Assembly: GCA_963784645.1 (NCBI GenBank)
Contig: CAWARY010000018.1
Span: 121,378-185,377, forward strand
Direction: 5' to 3'
Length of the DNA stretch: 64,000 nucleotides
Source of the DNA: an uncultured Actinomycetota bacterium
Lineage (GTDB): Bacteria > Actinomycetota > Actinomycetes > JACCUZ01
Below the pieces are notes generated by a model that was given only the letters and a program-made list of their open reading frames with translations, was not told where the DNA came from and ran no database searches. A program made the position numbers and the translations under genes. Positions 63,331 to 64,000 of the stretch are shown here, one piece after another. Each line of letters starts with the position of its first letter. Within the stretch, counting starts at the first letter, position 1.

Positions 63331-64000
63331 ATGGGACGACCACCCGGTGCGGACCTCGCGCTGATGGCGGTGGGGATCGTCGCGGTCTCGACCTCCGGGC
63401 CGCTGATGGCGGCCGCTGCGGCGCCGGCCCTCGCAGTCGCGCTCTGGCGCAACGTGCTCGCGGTCGGCGCGATCTGGCCGTTCGCCGCGGTGACCCGTCG
63501 ACACGAGCTGGCGCAGCTGACCCGGCGGGAGTGGCGCTGGGCGCTCGCTGCGGGTGTGCTGCTGGCCGCCCACTTCGCGACCTGGGTACCCAGCCTGCGC
63601 CTCACGTCGGTGGCGTCGGCCACTGCCATCGTCGCCACCCAGCCGGTCTGGGTGGCCGTGATCGCGCGGGCGATGGGCCACCACGTCCCACGGCGGACCT
63701 GGCTGGGGATCGCCCTGTCCCTCGTGGCGGTGGTCGTGCTGACCGGGGTCGACTTCTCGCTGGAGCCGAAGGCGCTCGCCGGCGACCTGCTCGCCCTGCT
63801 CGGTGGTGTCTTCGCCGCGTTCTACACAGTCGCCGGCGCAGAGGTGCGCCGCACCGTGAGCACCACGTCGTACACGGCGGTCTGCTACTCGACCGCGGCG
63901 GTCGTGCTGCTGGCGGGCTGCCTCGTCGGGGGCGTGCAGCTGTGGGGGTACGACGGCACCACCTGGCTGCAGCTTCTCGCGCTGACCGCGGGCGCGCAGC
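63331..64000 (+). CDS. EamA/DMT-family transporter, 3' end outside the window
   Basis: Not in the ORF track because there is no stop in the window. My translation from ATG 63331: MGRPPGADLALMAVGIVAVSTSGPLMAAAAAPALAVALWRNVLAVGAIWPFA...LLAAHFATWVPSLRLTSVASATAIVATQPVWVAVIA... (repeated TM helices, EamA pattern). Confidence 0.7.
   Translation, partial: MGRPPGADLALMAVGIVAVSTSGPLMAAAAAPALAVALWRNVLAVGAIWPFAAVTRRHELAQLTRREWRWALAAGVLLAAHFATWVPSLRLTSVASATAIVATQPVWVAVIARAMGHHVPRRTWLGIALSLVAVVVLTGVDFSLEPKALAGDLLALLGGVFAAFYTVAGAEVRRTVSTTSYTAVCYSTAAVVLLAGCLVGGVQLWGYDGTTWLQLLALTAGAQ

Overview
Very GC-rich actinobacterial chromosomal segment. mshB points to a mycothiol producer, and the family cannot be fixed from sequence alone. 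I support about 60 protein-coding genes. By eye there is no rRNA, tRNA, transposase, integrase or CRISPR array.

Backbone: the conserved block that I remember from M. tuberculosis as Rv1165-Rv1232c (typA, mshB, 7Fe ferredoxin, dapC ... dapD, dapE, LOG, folP, tag, sigE-rseA-htrA-tatB, mrp). It is preceded by an Rv0247c-0249c-type succinate dehydrogenase/fumarate reductase operon and a GGDEF protein.

Lineage-specific material sits at the joints of that block:
- a complete Opp/Dpp-type peptide ABC operon plus an S9 peptidase;
- an FtsH-like protease followed by a chemosensory module (CheW, multi-TM MCP, CheA::REC, REC::GAF) with no CheB/CheR in the window;
- flavin reductase, VanW, DUF2254 and GNAT genes;
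- a metzincin plus two paralogous LAS/M15-like proteins around a cupin;
- an ECF sigma/anti-sigma pair;
- an orphan GspE/PilB-type ATPase.

The least expected signal is non-coding. At least four families of long GC-rich hairpin/palindrome elements recur in intergenic gaps. One 925-bp gap (16846-17770) holds a 178-202-bp tandem repeat whose units each carry a 15-bp-stem hairpin and a variable (GGACGGCG)n microsatellite.

Other points of interest:
- a ~200-aa helical extension fused in frame to SdhB;
- a long-range inverted repeat that would sequester the ribosome-binding site of the second of two tandem LOG genes;
- a nested palindromic element flanked by G4-prone C/G tracts between LOG2 and folP.

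Start codons are chosen by eye (RBS, overlaps, homolog N-termini) and may be off. No database search was run, so all family calls rest on recognised motifs.
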